DNA of 32,000 bases from Pirellula staleyi DSM 6068. GTDB lineage: Bacteria; Planctomycetota; Planctomycetia; Pirellulales; Pirellulaceae. The notes beneath the pieces were generated by a model. That model was not told the origin of the DNA. It saw only the letters and a list, made by a program, of their open reading frames with translations, and did not search any database. Below are positions 9,033-18,290 of this stretch, in pieces. Both the position numbers and the translations under genes were made by a program. The stretch is taken from assembly GCA_000025185.1 (NCBI GenBank), contig CP001848.1, forward strand, positions 4,890,001 to 4,922,000. The letters run 5' to 3'. Every line of letters starts with the position of its first letter. Positions within the stretch are counted from its first letter, which is position 1.

Positions 9033-9836
9033 ATGATGGGCAGATTCTCGTGCGGGCGCGTCGCGCTTTCGATCGATCTAGAACTTGAGCTTTCGCAGCA
9101 ATCGTTGCCGCAGCACGAGTCGCTTTTACAAGCCAGCAGCCTCTTGCCCGAGATCGTTGCCGCTCACCAGTTGCAGGCCACTTGGGGCGTTGCTGATCCA
9201 GCACGATCAGCTGCTCGCGAGTCGATTCTGCAATCGTCCCCCGGTCAAGAGTTGGCGGTCTTGGGACAGCAGCACTGGGTCGGAAACGGCCGCAATCCCC
9301 ATTTTTCTCGCGAACTGGCTCGTCGTTTTGGCAATGCGCGGCGATCGGGGATCGACTGCCGCACGCTCTTGCTGCGCAGCTCAGCCCGGTCGATCGACCT
9401 CGCGCCACTAGTGGCGGCTGGAGTGCATGCCGTACGTCCCGCATCGGTGTGTCAGCTGGCTTCGGCTGATTTCGAGACCCCACTGGCACGCCACGCGGTG
9501 TGGGTAGCCCCAAGTGCCGCGCTCGTGCATCCTCGTGGTGGGTGGCAATTGGCAGCCTATCTCCAGTTGGCTTGGCGACTTCGAACGGCCGCGCGCCAGC
9601 GCAAACTCGTTTCGCTCGCCATCGATGCCGCACTCCTCGCCGAGCAACCAGCTCATAGCCTCGAGTTCATCGACAAGATGCTGTCGCTCGTGTCCCGCCA
9701 TGTGTCGGCCGGAAATTTGCAGTGCCTGACGAGCGGGGAGATGGCCCGCGAAGAACTTGCCTCGCGTCGAGGCTGCCCCGCGAAATCGCTGCTGCGGAGC
9801 GCCGAACCGGCCGTGCGCCGGTCGAAAGTGGCCTAG
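9033..9836 (+). CDS. Hypothetical protein (267 aa from the ATG at 9033)
   Basis: The 3' two-thirds of track ORF 8805..9836 have coding-like codon usage from MMGRFSCGRVALSIDLE onward. The upstream part of that ORF crosses an AT-rich promoter-like stretch. There is only a weak resemblance to the start of polysaccharide deacetylase-like proteins. The overlapping minus-strand ORFs (9019..9633 and 9408..10091) look spurious. Confidence 0.5.
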   Translation: MMGRFSCGRVALSIDLELELSQQSLPQHESLLQASSLLPEIVAAHQLQATWGVADPARSAARESILQSSPGQELAVLGQQHWVGNGRNPHFSRELARRFGNARRSGIDCRTLLLRSSARSIDLAPLVAAGVHAVRPASVCQLASADFETPLARHAVWVAPSAALVHPRGGWQLAAYLQLAWRLRTAARQRKLVSLAIDAALLAEQPAHSLEFIDKMLSLVSRHVSAGNLQCLTSGEMAREELASRRGCPAKSLLRSAEPAVRRSKVA

Positions 9837-10015
9837 GCCTGCTCTTTGAACGTAAACCAGCTGATCGCGCCGAGCATCAGCGCGCAGACGATGAGCGCGA
9901 TATCCATCAGGATACTGGCTTTTTGGAACGGGACACCCGCCGCCAAATCTGCGATAAACAAAATGGCAATCAGGATGGCAACCATCATCCCGAGTAAACA
10001 CAACGCCTTGGGCAT
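9833..10015 (-). CDS. Small two-helix membrane protein (60 aa)
   Basis: MPKALCLLGMMVAILIAILFIADLAAGVPFQKASILMDIALIVCALMLGAISWFTFKEQA has two clear hydrophobic helices. Its stop codon overlaps the stop of the convergent gene within CCTAGG. Confidence 0.5.
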   Translation of the reverse strand: MPKALCLLGMMVAILIAILFIADLAAGVPFQKASILMDIALIVCALMLGAISWFTFKEQA

Positions 10016-10236
10016 TCGAAGCTTCCTCGCTTTTTGCGCAGCCTTCCCAGACTACCGCCTGAGCGACCCTTGCGATGACAGTATAATTCAATCGAGCGTG
10101 CTGTCATGTAGATATTGGGGCGCTTCTGCTGCCACAAACCGATTTGACAGGGAGTCGTAACGCCTAAACCGCCCAACGGAGGGGATTTTCCTTGCAATCT
10201 ACATCGAGCCGCTGGCTTTCTACCCTCCGACTAGGG

Positions 10237-11355
10237 ATGCCTGTCTGCCAGCATAAAGTTTATTTCGACCACGCTGCCGTCGCGCCGCTCCCCGAAATTA
10301 CCCGAAAAGCGATCGCCCAGTGGCTCGACGAAGCTGCCACCATCGGCGACGTGGCCTGGCCGCGGTGGGCCTCTGCCGCCGAAAAAACGCGTCAACTCGC
10401 CGCTCAAGTCATCGGTGCCGACACCTCCGAAATCGCCCTCGTCCCCAACACCACCACCGGCATCGGTCTGATCGCCGAAGGGATCGATTGGCGGCCGGGG
10501 GATAATGTGGTGAGTTTCGCCGGCGAATTTCCCTCCAACAAATTCCCCTGGATGAACCTCTCGGCTCGCGGGGTCGAACTCCGAACCGTGCCTCTCGAAA
10601 GCGGAGCAGCCCACGCCGATCGACTGGCGAGTTACTGCGATAACCGGACCCGTCTGGTTACCGCGAGTTGGGTGGGCTATGCCACCGGTTGGCGGATCGA
10701 CGTTGAAGCGGTCGCCCGTTTTTGCCAGTCCCACGGAATCCTGTTCTTCCTCGACGCCATTCAAGGGCTCGGCGTATTCCCGCTCGATATGCACCAATGT
10801 CCCATCGACTTTCTGGCAGCCGACGGGCACAAGTGGCTGCTCGGTCCCGAAGGGGCAGGGGTGCTTTATGTCCGTAAGTCGAATCTCGCCAAGCTGCGGC
10901 CACTCGGCGTCGGCTGGAACAGCGTGGTCGCCTCGCACGATTTCTCACACAGCACGCTGAATCTCAAACCAGCAGCAGCACGCTACGAAGGTGGTTCGCT
11001 CAACCTGGCCGGCTTTATCGGACTCGGCGCGAGCTTGCAATTTCTGGTCGATGCCGGACTCACACCGAGCGTTTCACCACTTGCCGATCAGATTGTTGCG
11101 CTCGGCGACTACGCTGCGGGGCGTCTCCGCGAACTGGGAGCCACCTTCCTAGCACCTCGCACTGCCGGGCATACTTCCGGCATTCTCACGTTTCTCTTGC
11201 CTTCGCTCGATCCCGCGCAAGTGCGGCTGAAATTACTCGACGCTCAAATCGTCACCAGTTGCCGTGGGGGAGGGATTCGCATTAGTCCGCACGCTTACAA
11301 CACGACCGAAGAAATCGACACGCTCTTGGAGCAAATCCGGAGCCTACTCGCGTAG
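10237..11355 (+). CDS. Aminotransferase class V-fold PLP-dependent enzyme (cysteine desulfurase / SufS-CsdA-like fold)
   Basis: Motifs seen: VYFDHAAVAPLP, NTTTGI, and FLAADGHKWLLGPEGAGVLYV, which contains the PLP lysine context. The start is set at the ATG at 10237; the track starts at a TTG at 10192. Confidence 0.88.
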   Translation: MPVCQHKVYFDHAAVAPLPEITRKAIAQWLDEAATIGDVAWPRWASAAEKTRQLAAQVIGADTSEIALVPNTTTGIGLIAEGIDWRPGDNVVSFAGEFPSNKFPWMNLSARGVELRTVPLESGAAHADRLASYCDNRTRLVTASWVGYATGWRIDVEAVARFCQSHGILFFLDAIQGLGVFPLDMHQCPIDFLAADGHKWLLGPEGAGVLYVRKSNLAKLRPLGVGWNSVVASHDFSHSTLNLKPAAARYEGGSLNLAGFIGLGASLQFLVDAGLTPSVSPLADQIVALGDYAAGRLRELGATFLAPRTAGHTSGILTFLLPSLDPAQVRLKLLDAQIVTSCRGGGIRISPHAYNTTEEIDTLLEQIRSLLA

Positions 11356-11468
11356 CTGGAGTCGGCTGCAATTTCGGCAGCAGACTCGAAACAGCGAACT
11401 ATTGCTGCTAGAACATCGATCAGTTCGCGATCCTCTCTTTATGCCATCTAGTCGCAAAGTTTGTCCGC

Positions 11469-11975
11469 ATGACCAGGTCCGACTCGCGCGTTGCTGTCTA
11501 CACCGGTTCGTTCGATCCGATTACGCTCGGCCATCTGAATGTGATTGAGCGGAGTTCTAAGCTCGTCGACAAACTGATTGTCGGCATCGGCATTAACAGC
11601 GAGAAATCACATCTCTTTCCACCCGAAGAGCGTGTGGAACTTGTCACGCAGGCCACGTCGCAGATTGGCAACGTCGAAGTTCGCGCCTTCTCGAATTTGG
11701 CCGTGGAATTCGTACGCCACTGCGGAGCGCGGGTGATGATTCGTGGCGTGCGACCGCTCACCGATCTGGCTGGCGAATTCACCATGATGATGGCCAACCG
11801 GCACCTCGATCCAGGGATCGAAACCGTGTTTCTCATGGCCGACGAAGAATTCGCCCACGTCAGCAGTTCGCTCATCAAACAGATCACGCCGCTGGCGAGC
11901 GACGAAATGCTGGCGCGGTTCGTTCCACGCTCGATTATCCCCGCGCTAAGGCAGCGCATTCGCGGAAAATCGTAA
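11469..11975 (+). CDS. coaD: Phosphopantetheine adenylyltransferase
   Basis: AVYTGSFDPITLGHLNVIERS, GNVEVRAFSNL, RGVRPLTDLAGEF and SSSLIKQI are collinear with E. coli CoaD. Confidence 0.93.
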   Translation: MTRSDSRVAVYTGSFDPITLGHLNVIERSSKLVDKLIVGIGINSEKSHLFPPEERVELVTQATSQIGNVEVRAFSNLAVEFVRHCGARVMIRGVRPLTDLAGEFTMMMANRHLDPGIETVFLMADEEFAHVSSSLIKQITPLASDEMLARFVPRSIIPALRQRIRGKS

Positions 11976-12002
11976 TCCGCTGCCCTCTGCGAGCACTGTT
12001 TT

Positions 12003-13247
12003 CTAAAAGAACCGCTTGAGCTTCAGCAGGGGTTCTTCGAGCCAGTGAAAACTGGCCATCGCCACCACTGTGGTCGCCGCGCACATGATTGCGCAGTAGA
12101 CGAGTTGCCCACCCGCATCACTGCCGAGCGTCGCGGCGAGCAGGGGTGCTGTCACCAGCGGCGCAAGAATTGGAATCAGCAGATTCTGATAGACGTACAT
12201 CCCATAGCTGTAGCGTGAAAAAAATCGGAGCACCGGCGACTTGGCCACACCAGCGATCCACGAACCTTCTCGCGCGGTCACCGCCACCACAATCAGCAAC
12301 CCCGATAGCGTGGCCCAGCCTAGCATCGGCAGCCCCAAAAGCCGCATGCTCTTGGCGGCCATCACCGCCATCACTAGGGCGGCCAATCCCAGCAGCGGCC
12401 AAGCTAGGCGAGTGATCAGCTTGAAGCCTTCGGGCGAGCGCATCGCCAGCGCCAGAAAACTGCCAATCGACAAAGCATCGAGCCGCAGCAGCGTGAAGAC
12501 TTCCACTGCCACCATATTCCCACCCGCTTTGATCCACACCACACGAGCGATCGTCGCTGCGACTGCTGTGGCTAGGCAAACACGCATTGCCCAAGTGCGC
12601 GACAAACTGAAAATCACGAGGGGCCAAACGAGATAGAAATGCTCTTCAACCGCGAGCGACCAAAAGTGATTCAGCGGCCCGAGGCACCACTCGCCGCGCA
12701 GCGATTGCAGCACATTGCCGCCATAAAGCCACAGCCAAAGTTGGTCCTCGGCAATCGGGGAAAATGCCGCTGCAATCGATCCGCCAACCAGTGGCAACAC
12801 GACGAGTGATAAGGCGAGGGCAAAGTAGTAGAGCGGAAAGATGCGAAGCGTTCGGCGCGCGTAGAAGTTTCGGAAGTAGTGCGGCTGCTCTTTCGCGTCG
12901 AACAGAATGCCGGTGATTAAAAATCCTGAGAGGACAAAAAACAGATCGACACCATGGCTCAGCGAATGCACCAGCCAGCTTGGCTCGAGACTTCGCGCTG
13001 CATCGGGCGCACCGCCCCCAAAGCGATAGAGCGTCACCACCACAATCGCCAGCCCACGAATCGCATCGAGCGCCGGAATATGCCCGCGCGGAAGCTCGGT
13101 AGGATTTAGTGCAGGCAGCAGCTCGTGTCCGAGTTGCTGCCTTCCGTACCCCCAGCCAAAACGTCGTGCAAGTGTGCCGAGAATTGCCATGACCATTTCG
13201 CCCCACGAGCCCCAGCCGAGAATCGCTCTCGGACCATCAAGACTCAT
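12003..13247 (-). CDS. Acyltransferase family 3 (membrane O-acyltransferase)
   Basis: IPALDAIRGLAIVVVTLYRFGG, DLFFVLSGFLITGILF and FYARRTLRIFPLYYF are present, followed by about 10 TM helices. The start is uncertain; ATG codons at 13196 and 13190 are also possible. Confidence 0.85.
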   Translation of the reverse strand: MSLDGPRAILGWGSWGEMVMAILGTLARRFGWGYGRQQLGHELLPALNPTELPRGHIPALDAIRGLAIVVVTLYRFGGGAPDAARSLEPSWLVHSLSHGVDLFFVLSGFLITGILFDAKEQPHYFRNFYARRTLRIFPLYYFALALSLVVLPLVGGSIAAAFSPIAEDQLWLWLYGGNVLQSLRGEWCLGPLNHFWSLAVEEHFYLVWPLVIFSLSRTWAMRVCLATAVAATIARVVWIKAGGNMVAVEVFTLLRLDALSIGSFLALAMRSPEGFKLITRLAWPLLGLAALVMAVMAAKSMRLLGLPMLGWATLSGLLIVVAVTAREGSWIAGVAKSPVLRFFSRYSYGMYVYQNLLIPILAPLVTAPLLAATLGSDAGGQLVYCAIMCAATTVVAMASFHWLEEPLLKLKRFF

Positions 13248-13358
13248 GGAAAACGTAGGTCGCAGCTAATAGTCGCACGCGCCGATTACAAACAATCCAA
13301 GCCCACAAACTCGCATAAAACAACCCGCACAACTGCTACAAATCTTACGCACCGAATC

Positions 13359-13550
13359 TCGCACGTCCCAAGCCGACGGCTTTGCCGTCGATCGCTGTGC
13401 GTTCCATCATGACGGGATGCGATTTTCTCAAAAGCAAAACGTCGCCGAAATGCTCGGACGACGCGATCAGCCTCATCATGTTTACGCATTCGCACGCTCG
13501 CCCAATTCGTCAACTCTTCGACGGCTAAGCCGTCGGCTTGGGACGTGCGA
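13359..13550. repeat. Long inverted repeat (REP/MITE-like): 33-bp arms with one mismatch enclosing ~126 bp
   Basis: The left arm is 13359-13391 (tcgcacgtcccaagccgacggctttgccgtcga). The right arm is 13518-13550 (tcgacggctaagccgtcggcttgggacgtgcga). The outer 22 bp are perfectly complementary. Each arm also contains its own 7-bp hairpin, cgacggc-NNN-gccgtcg. Confidence 0.75.
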
Positions 13551-13579
13551 CTACGTTGCTGATTCAGCAGCTTTAATTC

Positions 13580-15100
13580 CTACGAATCGAGTGCCGCGAT
13601 CGCTTCGAAGTCTTTCTTGAGCGAGCGGTAGAGCTGCTGGTAGAGCGGAAAGCCCTTGTCGTAGTACGCAGCGGCCTTTTTGTTTTGCGGCGTTTTGCTG
13701 ACGACACGAATTGTCGCGGCGCAGGCCTCTTCGATGTTTTTGTAGAACCCGGCACCGACAGCAGCAAGCAGAGCGACACCAAACGCAGGGCCTTGCTCGG
13801 CGTTGATCGTCACCACATCTTGTCCAAAGACATCGGCCTGAATCTGTCGCCAAAGAGGATTTTTCGAGCCCCCTCCCGAAGCACGAATCTCGTTTACCGG
13901 TACACCAAGGTCGCGAATGATCGTCAGGCTGTCGCGCATCGCGTACGTCACACCTTCCATGATCGAGCGCGTCAGATGCCCCCGCGTATGCTTGAGCGTG
14001 AGCCCCACGAAGCTGCCACGCGCGTTCGGATCGGCATGCGGCGTCCGTTCTCCCGCGAGATAGGGCAAAAAGAAGAGCCCCTCACTTCCATAGGGGACTT
14101 GGGCAGCTTCGTCGGCCAGTTGCTGAAACGGACTCGTTTTCCCCTTAAACAGCCCGTGAAATACCTGCTGGGTGAACCATTGCAAAGCGCCACCACCCGT
14201 GAGACTCACCCCCATCATGTGCCACTTCCCATGCACGGCATGACAGAACGTGTGAAGTCGCCCTGCTGGATCGAACTGCATCTCGTCGCTGTGCACGAAC
14301 ATGATGCCGCTGGTTCCGATCGAGGTGCTGAGCGAGCCCGTTTTCACCACGCCTGTTCCCAAAGCATTGGCAGCGCAGTCTCCAGCGCCACCCACCACTA
14401 CACAGTCGGTCGACAGCCCCAGTAGCTTGGCCACTTCGGGGGTCAACTTGCCGGTGACTTCTTCCGACTCATAGCACTTGGCGAGAAGCGATTCGTCGAG
14501 TTCGAGTTTCGAAAGCAGCGTCTTCGACCAATTTCGTTTTTTCACATCGAGGAGCAACATGCCGCTGGCATCACTCACATCGGTTGCCAGTTCGCCAGTC
14601 AAGCGCCTGCGGACATCGTCTTTGGGAAGGAGCACTTTGTCGAGTTTCGCAAAGTTCTTCGGTTCGTGATTACGGAGCCAGAGAATCTTGGGGGCAGTGA
14701 AGCCAGTGAGCGCGGGATTGGCGACCATCTGAATCAGTTTTTTGCGTCCACCGGCGCGCGATTCAATCTCGTCGCACTCGGCAGCGGTGCGCTGATCATT
14801 CCAGAGCAGAGCAGGGCGAATCACCTGCATCTTCTTGTCGAGAAACACACTCCCGTGCATCTGCCCCGACAGGCCGATCCCCTTCACGTCGGTCGCCTTT
14901 AGTTTGGCTTTCTTCACCACCGCGCGAATTGTCGCGACCGTGGCATTCCACCAATCCTCGGGGTTCTGCTCGCTCCACAATGGTTTGGGGTGAGCGCAGG
15001 GATAGGTCGACGTGGCTTCCGCCAGGATTTCTCCCTTTTCATTGATAGCGAGTGTCTTGGTCCCCGAAGTACCGATATCAACGCCGAGTAGAACAGCCAT
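13580..15100 (-). CDS. xylB: Xylulokinase (FGGY family)
   Basis: From the ATG at 15100: [56 protein letters not shown] and [16 protein letters not shown]. These are collinear with E. coli XylB. The track's N-terminal extension (to 15235) looks non-coding. Confidence 0.9.
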   Translation of the reverse strand: MAVLLGVDIGTSGTKTLAINEKGEILAEATSTYPCAHPKPLWSEQNPEDWWNATVATIRAVVKKAKLKATDVKGIGLSGQMHGSVFLDKKMQVIRPALLWNDQRTAAECDEIESRAGGRKKLIQMVANPALTGFTAPKILWLRNHEPKNFAKLDKVLLPKDDVRRRLTGELATDVSDASGMLLLDVKKRNWSKTLLSKLELDESLLAKCYESEEVTGKLTPEVAKLLGLSTDCVVVGGAGDCAANALGTGVVKTGSLSTSIGTSGIMFVHSDEMQFDPAGRLHTFCHAVHGKWHMMGVSLTGGGALQWFTQQVFHGLFKGKTSPFQQLADEAAQVPYGSEGLFFLPYLAGERTPHADPNARGSFVGLTLKHTRGHLTRSIMEGVTYAMRDSLTIIRDLGVPVNEIRASGGGSKNPLWRQIQADVFGQDVVTINAEQGPAFGVALLAAVGAGFYKNIEEACAATIRVVSKTPQNKKAAAYYDKGFPLYQQLYRSLKKDFEAIAALDS

Positions 15101-15406
15101 AATGAGAGGAATTTTGCTTATTGAAGGAATGGTGAGAGGCGAAAGTTCGAGTCTTCGTCCCCCTACGAGAGCACGCCCGTTACGCTCGATCGCAGAGGCC
15201 AGCGGATTGTAAACAGACCTCGCGCTCGGTGCCACACGAGAGGCACGAAGATCGTTATGCTGATTACATATAAAGTAGTAGCCGATTCCCGCAGATTTCG
15301 ATCCTGCCGCTGTAGCCTGACAACCAGGATTGAAATCGATTCGAATCGGGTTTTTCAGGCGTTTTTGATGCTTTTTCTGTCCATTTTAGGACACTAGCCA
15401 ATTGCC

Positions 15407-15994
15407 ATGACTGCCGACTCAATCAGCCGCTCTCCCGAACTGATGAACCCGTTTGACACAGCTCTTTTGGTGATCGACGTGCAGGAAAAACTCCTCCCGG
15501 CGATTCATGGTGGAGAGCGTGTGGCGTGGAACATCGGTCGGCTGATTCAAGCCGCGAAGACCCTCGGTGTGGCGATCGATGTAAGCGAGCAGTATCCCAA
15601 GGGTCTAGGCCCCACCATCAGCAGCCTGAAGAGCGAACTCCCCGAGCCCAGAGCGAAGCTGATGTTCAGCTGTCGCGAACTAGCCGACATGATTCAGAGT
15701 TGGCGCGAGCGGGGGATCTACAAAATTCTCGCTTCCGGCATCGAGACCCATGTTTGTGTGCAGCAAACGGTGCTCGATCTGCTGGGGGAAGGGTTTCAGG
15801 TTTACTTGGCGGTCGACGCTGTCAGCAGCCGCAGCTTGCTCGATCACGAAATCGCCGTGCGCCGGATGGATAGCAGCGGCGCGACAATCACCACCACCGA
15901 AGCGGCCATGTTCGAATGGTGCGAGCGTGCTGGAACGGCTGAATTCAAGCAAATCAGTGCGCTCGTCAAAGAGACCGGACCGCGACTTCCCTGA
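15407..15994 (+). CDS. Isochorismatase-family (cysteine) hydrolase
   Basis: TALLVIDVQEKLLPAI and GIETHVCVQQTVLDLLGEGFQVYLAVDAVSSRS contain the catalytic Cys context; the ORF is 195 aa. Confidence 0.88.
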   Translation: MTADSISRSPELMNPFDTALLVIDVQEKLLPAIHGGERVAWNIGRLIQAAKTLGVAIDVSEQYPKGLGPTISSLKSELPEPRAKLMFSCRELADMIQSWRERGIYKILASGIETHVCVQQTVLDLLGEGFQVYLAVDAVSSRSLLDHEIAVRRMDSSGATITTTEAAMFEWCERAGTAEFKQISALVKETGPRLP

Positions 15995-16049
15995 GAGCGA
16001 ACGTCACTTCGTTCGTAGCAGGAATTGCCACAATTTTTCTCGCGTTCCG

Positions 16050-16376
16050 CTACGACCCCGGCGCTGGTGGCGGCACATCGTCCAACGTTGGGGGTGGCAC
16101 TTCTGGAGGCAAAGGTGACAGTTCCGGGATCGGAAACTCTTTGCGCGGTTCTATTTCCAGACTTGGTTCCTCCGTCGACGGATAAACTTCCATCGGAGGC
16201 GACTCTACCCGCATTGGGCTGTCCAAATTCACGGGCTTCTCGACTGCCGTGAAGAGGATCATCCCGAGAGCACCAAACACCACCACGCCAGCGCAAGGGA
16301 AGCAAATCAGCGCAGCCGCCACGATCACCATCACGATCGTCGTGGTGCTCGATCCGCCGGAGCGATTGTCAGACAT
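16050..16376 (-). CDS. Small membrane protein with a proline-rich C-terminal tail (108 aa)
   Basis: Two hydrophobic helices (TTIVMVIVAAALICFPCAGVVVFGALGMILF) are followed by PELSPLPPEVPPPTLDDVPPPAPGS. Codon usage is coding-like. Confidence 0.55.
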   Translation of the reverse strand: MSDNRSGGSSTTTIVMVIVAAALICFPCAGVVVFGALGMILFTAVEKPVNLDSPMRVESPPMEVYPSTEEPSLEIEPRKEFPIPELSPLPPEVPPPTLDDVPPPAPGS

Positions 16377-16699
16377 CCAAGATTCCTTGTAACCGAAGTG
16401 GTTTCGCGCTGGTGGAGTTAGACCGCGATTCTACTGCAGAGAGATCCGGTTGCCGAATGCCGAAGTCCCCTTCGCCTCCTCCCTTGCAGCACTGCTAGAA
16501 CTAGCAAGTAAACGCACGACCCGCAAACCACCAGCGGCACCGAAATCACCACTAAACAACCAAACCGACCACTAAATGAATATTTAACTTCCATTAACAT
16601 CGAACCACGGGATTGCTTTTGAGGGTCCTGGTGAAGTATGTTGTTTGAATCCTCTCCCAGGTTTATGTCATCGATCTTGCGCGGAAATTCGGAGGGGAT

Positions 16700-17680
16700 A
16701 TGTCTTGTCGGCTCAGCGGTCTCATGCCTGGTCGTGGTTCGTTTTCAACTCGCCGTGCTGCTGGCTTTACGCTCGTCGAACTCTTGGTGGTGATCGCCAT
16801 CATCGGTGTGCTGGTCGCGCTCCTCCTCCCGGCCGTTCAAAGTGCTCGCGAAAGTGCACGACGCAGCCAGTGCAGTAGCCAACTTCGCCAGCACGCGATT
16901 TCTGCTCATAACTTTCACGATGTGCAGGGGTCGCTCCCGCCGCTGTGCACCACAGCGGCTGCCGACAAATACACCGTCCCACCCAAGTTTCGAGCCGCCA
17001 CAGGCTTCACACTGTTCAACTGGCTGTTGCCCTTCATCGAACAACAGCCGCTCTACGACAAAGCGAACATGAATGTGGGAACCAACGTCGGCAACGGCGC
17101 GATGTTCCAGCAAGTGCTGAAAGTCCACCTCTGCCCGAGCGATGCCAGTTCGCCGAGTGGCAAAGGAGCCACCACCAATGGTGGCGCTAACAACTGGGCC
17201 ATCACCAACTACGCCGGCAACTACTACGTTTTTGGTAATCCACGGGGCGGCACCAATGCCGAACGCCTGGAAGGTGACAATCCATTTGCGGCGATTCGCG
17301 ACGGACTTTCAAACGTCGTCATGATGACCGAACGCTATGGAACTTGCGGCAGCAGCGGCGACCCTGCATCGGCCAGTACCTATGGCAATTTGTGGAGCGA
17401 TTCCAACAGCGTGTGGCGTCCTGTGTTCTGCATCAACAATAGTTCGCAAACGCCTGCGGCACTTCCGACCGACGGCACCTATCCAGCCTGTCGCATGTTT
17501 CAAGTGGCTCCCAACTGGATTCGCGGCTGTGATAGTTCGCGTCCTCAGTCGCCTCATCCCGGTGGCATCATGGTGGCAATGGCCGATGGAAGTGTCCGCC
17601 TCGTCGCAGGAACGATTGCCGACACCATTTGGGCTGCCGCCTGCGATCCGCAAGATGGCAACCCGCTAAGCAACTTCTAA
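16700..17680 (+). CDS. DUF1559 protein with a prepilin-type N-terminal cleavage/methylation domain and a C-terminal H-X9-DG motif
   Basis: GFTLVELLVVIAIIGVLVALLLPAVQSARESARRSQC is the type IV pilin-like leader plus the DUF1559 core. HPGGIMVAMADGSVRLV contains H, nine residues, then DG. GGAGGGG lies 3 nt upstream of the ATG at 16700. Confidence 0.9.
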   Translation: MSCRLSGLMPGRGSFSTRRAAGFTLVELLVVIAIIGVLVALLLPAVQSARESARRSQCSSQLRQHAISAHNFHDVQGSLPPLCTTAAADKYTVPPKFRAATGFTLFNWLLPFIEQQPLYDKANMNVGTNVGNGAMFQQVLKVHLCPSDASSPSGKGATTNGGANNWAITNYAGNYYVFGNPRGGTNAERLEGDNPFAAIRDGLSNVVMMTERYGTCGSSGDPASASTYGNLWSDSNSVWRPVFCINNSSQTPAALPTDGTYPACRMFQVAPNWIRGCDSSRPQSPHPGGIMVAMADGSVRLVAGTIADTIWAAACDPQDGNPLSNF

Positions 17681-17781
17681 ACTCCGACTGATCAGCTTCG
17701 ATGCACCGCCGAAATCGCGCGCGATTGATTCACTTGCCTTCCTTTCGATCGATGAAACTCCCTAAGCTCCACGATATTCCC

Positions 17782-18183
17782 ATGCTTCGTACGCTTCAAA
17801 TGTCGGCGTTTTTCGCCGTATTCATCGTCTCCCTGGCTCTCGGATGTAGCCCGGCGCAAGTCTCGACCATCGTTCCCACAATTGCCGTGAAAGGGAAGCT
17901 GATTCGAGGTTCTACTGGACAACCACCGGGAGAAGGTTCGGTAGAACTGGCTGCGGTCGACAGCAGCGGGAAGGTTGCTTTTGCCTCGCTTGCCTCCGAC
18001 GGGACTTTCGAACTTTCCACGATGCTCGCCGACGGCACGAAGCTGACAGGTGCTGAGCCAGGGGAATATCGCGCAACCTATGTCCCGCGCATGTCCGCAG
18101 CGCAAACGGAACTCCCCGAGCCGATCCCGGGGACCGTACGAATCGATGAGCAATCGAGCGAGATCGAACTCCGTTTGCCTTAA
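17782..18183 (+). CDS. Small lipoprotein with a carboxypeptidase-regulatory-like beta-sandwich, partner of the DUF1559 gene
   Basis: MLRTLQMSAFFAVFIVSLALGCSP has the lipobox LALGC. It is followed by VKGKLIRG...GTFELS...GEYRATYVP. The start could also be the ATG at 17752. Confidence 0.6.
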   Translation: MLRTLQMSAFFAVFIVSLALGCSPAQVSTIVPTIAVKGKLIRGSTGQPPGEGSVELAAVDSSGKVAFASLASDGTFELSTMLADGTKLTGAEPGEYRATYVPRMSAAQTELPEPIPGTVRIDEQSSEIELRLP

Positions 18184-18246
18184 ATTCGGCCAGCGCGGCC
18201 TGCAGGAGGTGCTGGCCATTGGGGCGGAAGTCGCCGCGGACTTTCG

Positions 18247-18284
18247 ATCGTGTACTAGCCAAGTCGCTAGAACTAGTACACGAT
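18247..18284. promoter_or_regulatory. 12-bp perfect inverted repeat (14-nt loop) ending 7 nt before the cls start codon
   Basis: atcgtgtactag (18247-18258) pairs with ctagtacacgat (18273-18284). The repeat lies 64 nt after the lipoprotein gene stop. It could be an operator, an RBS-occluding hairpin or a terminator. Confidence 0.4.
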
Positions 18285-18290
18285 TTCGTC

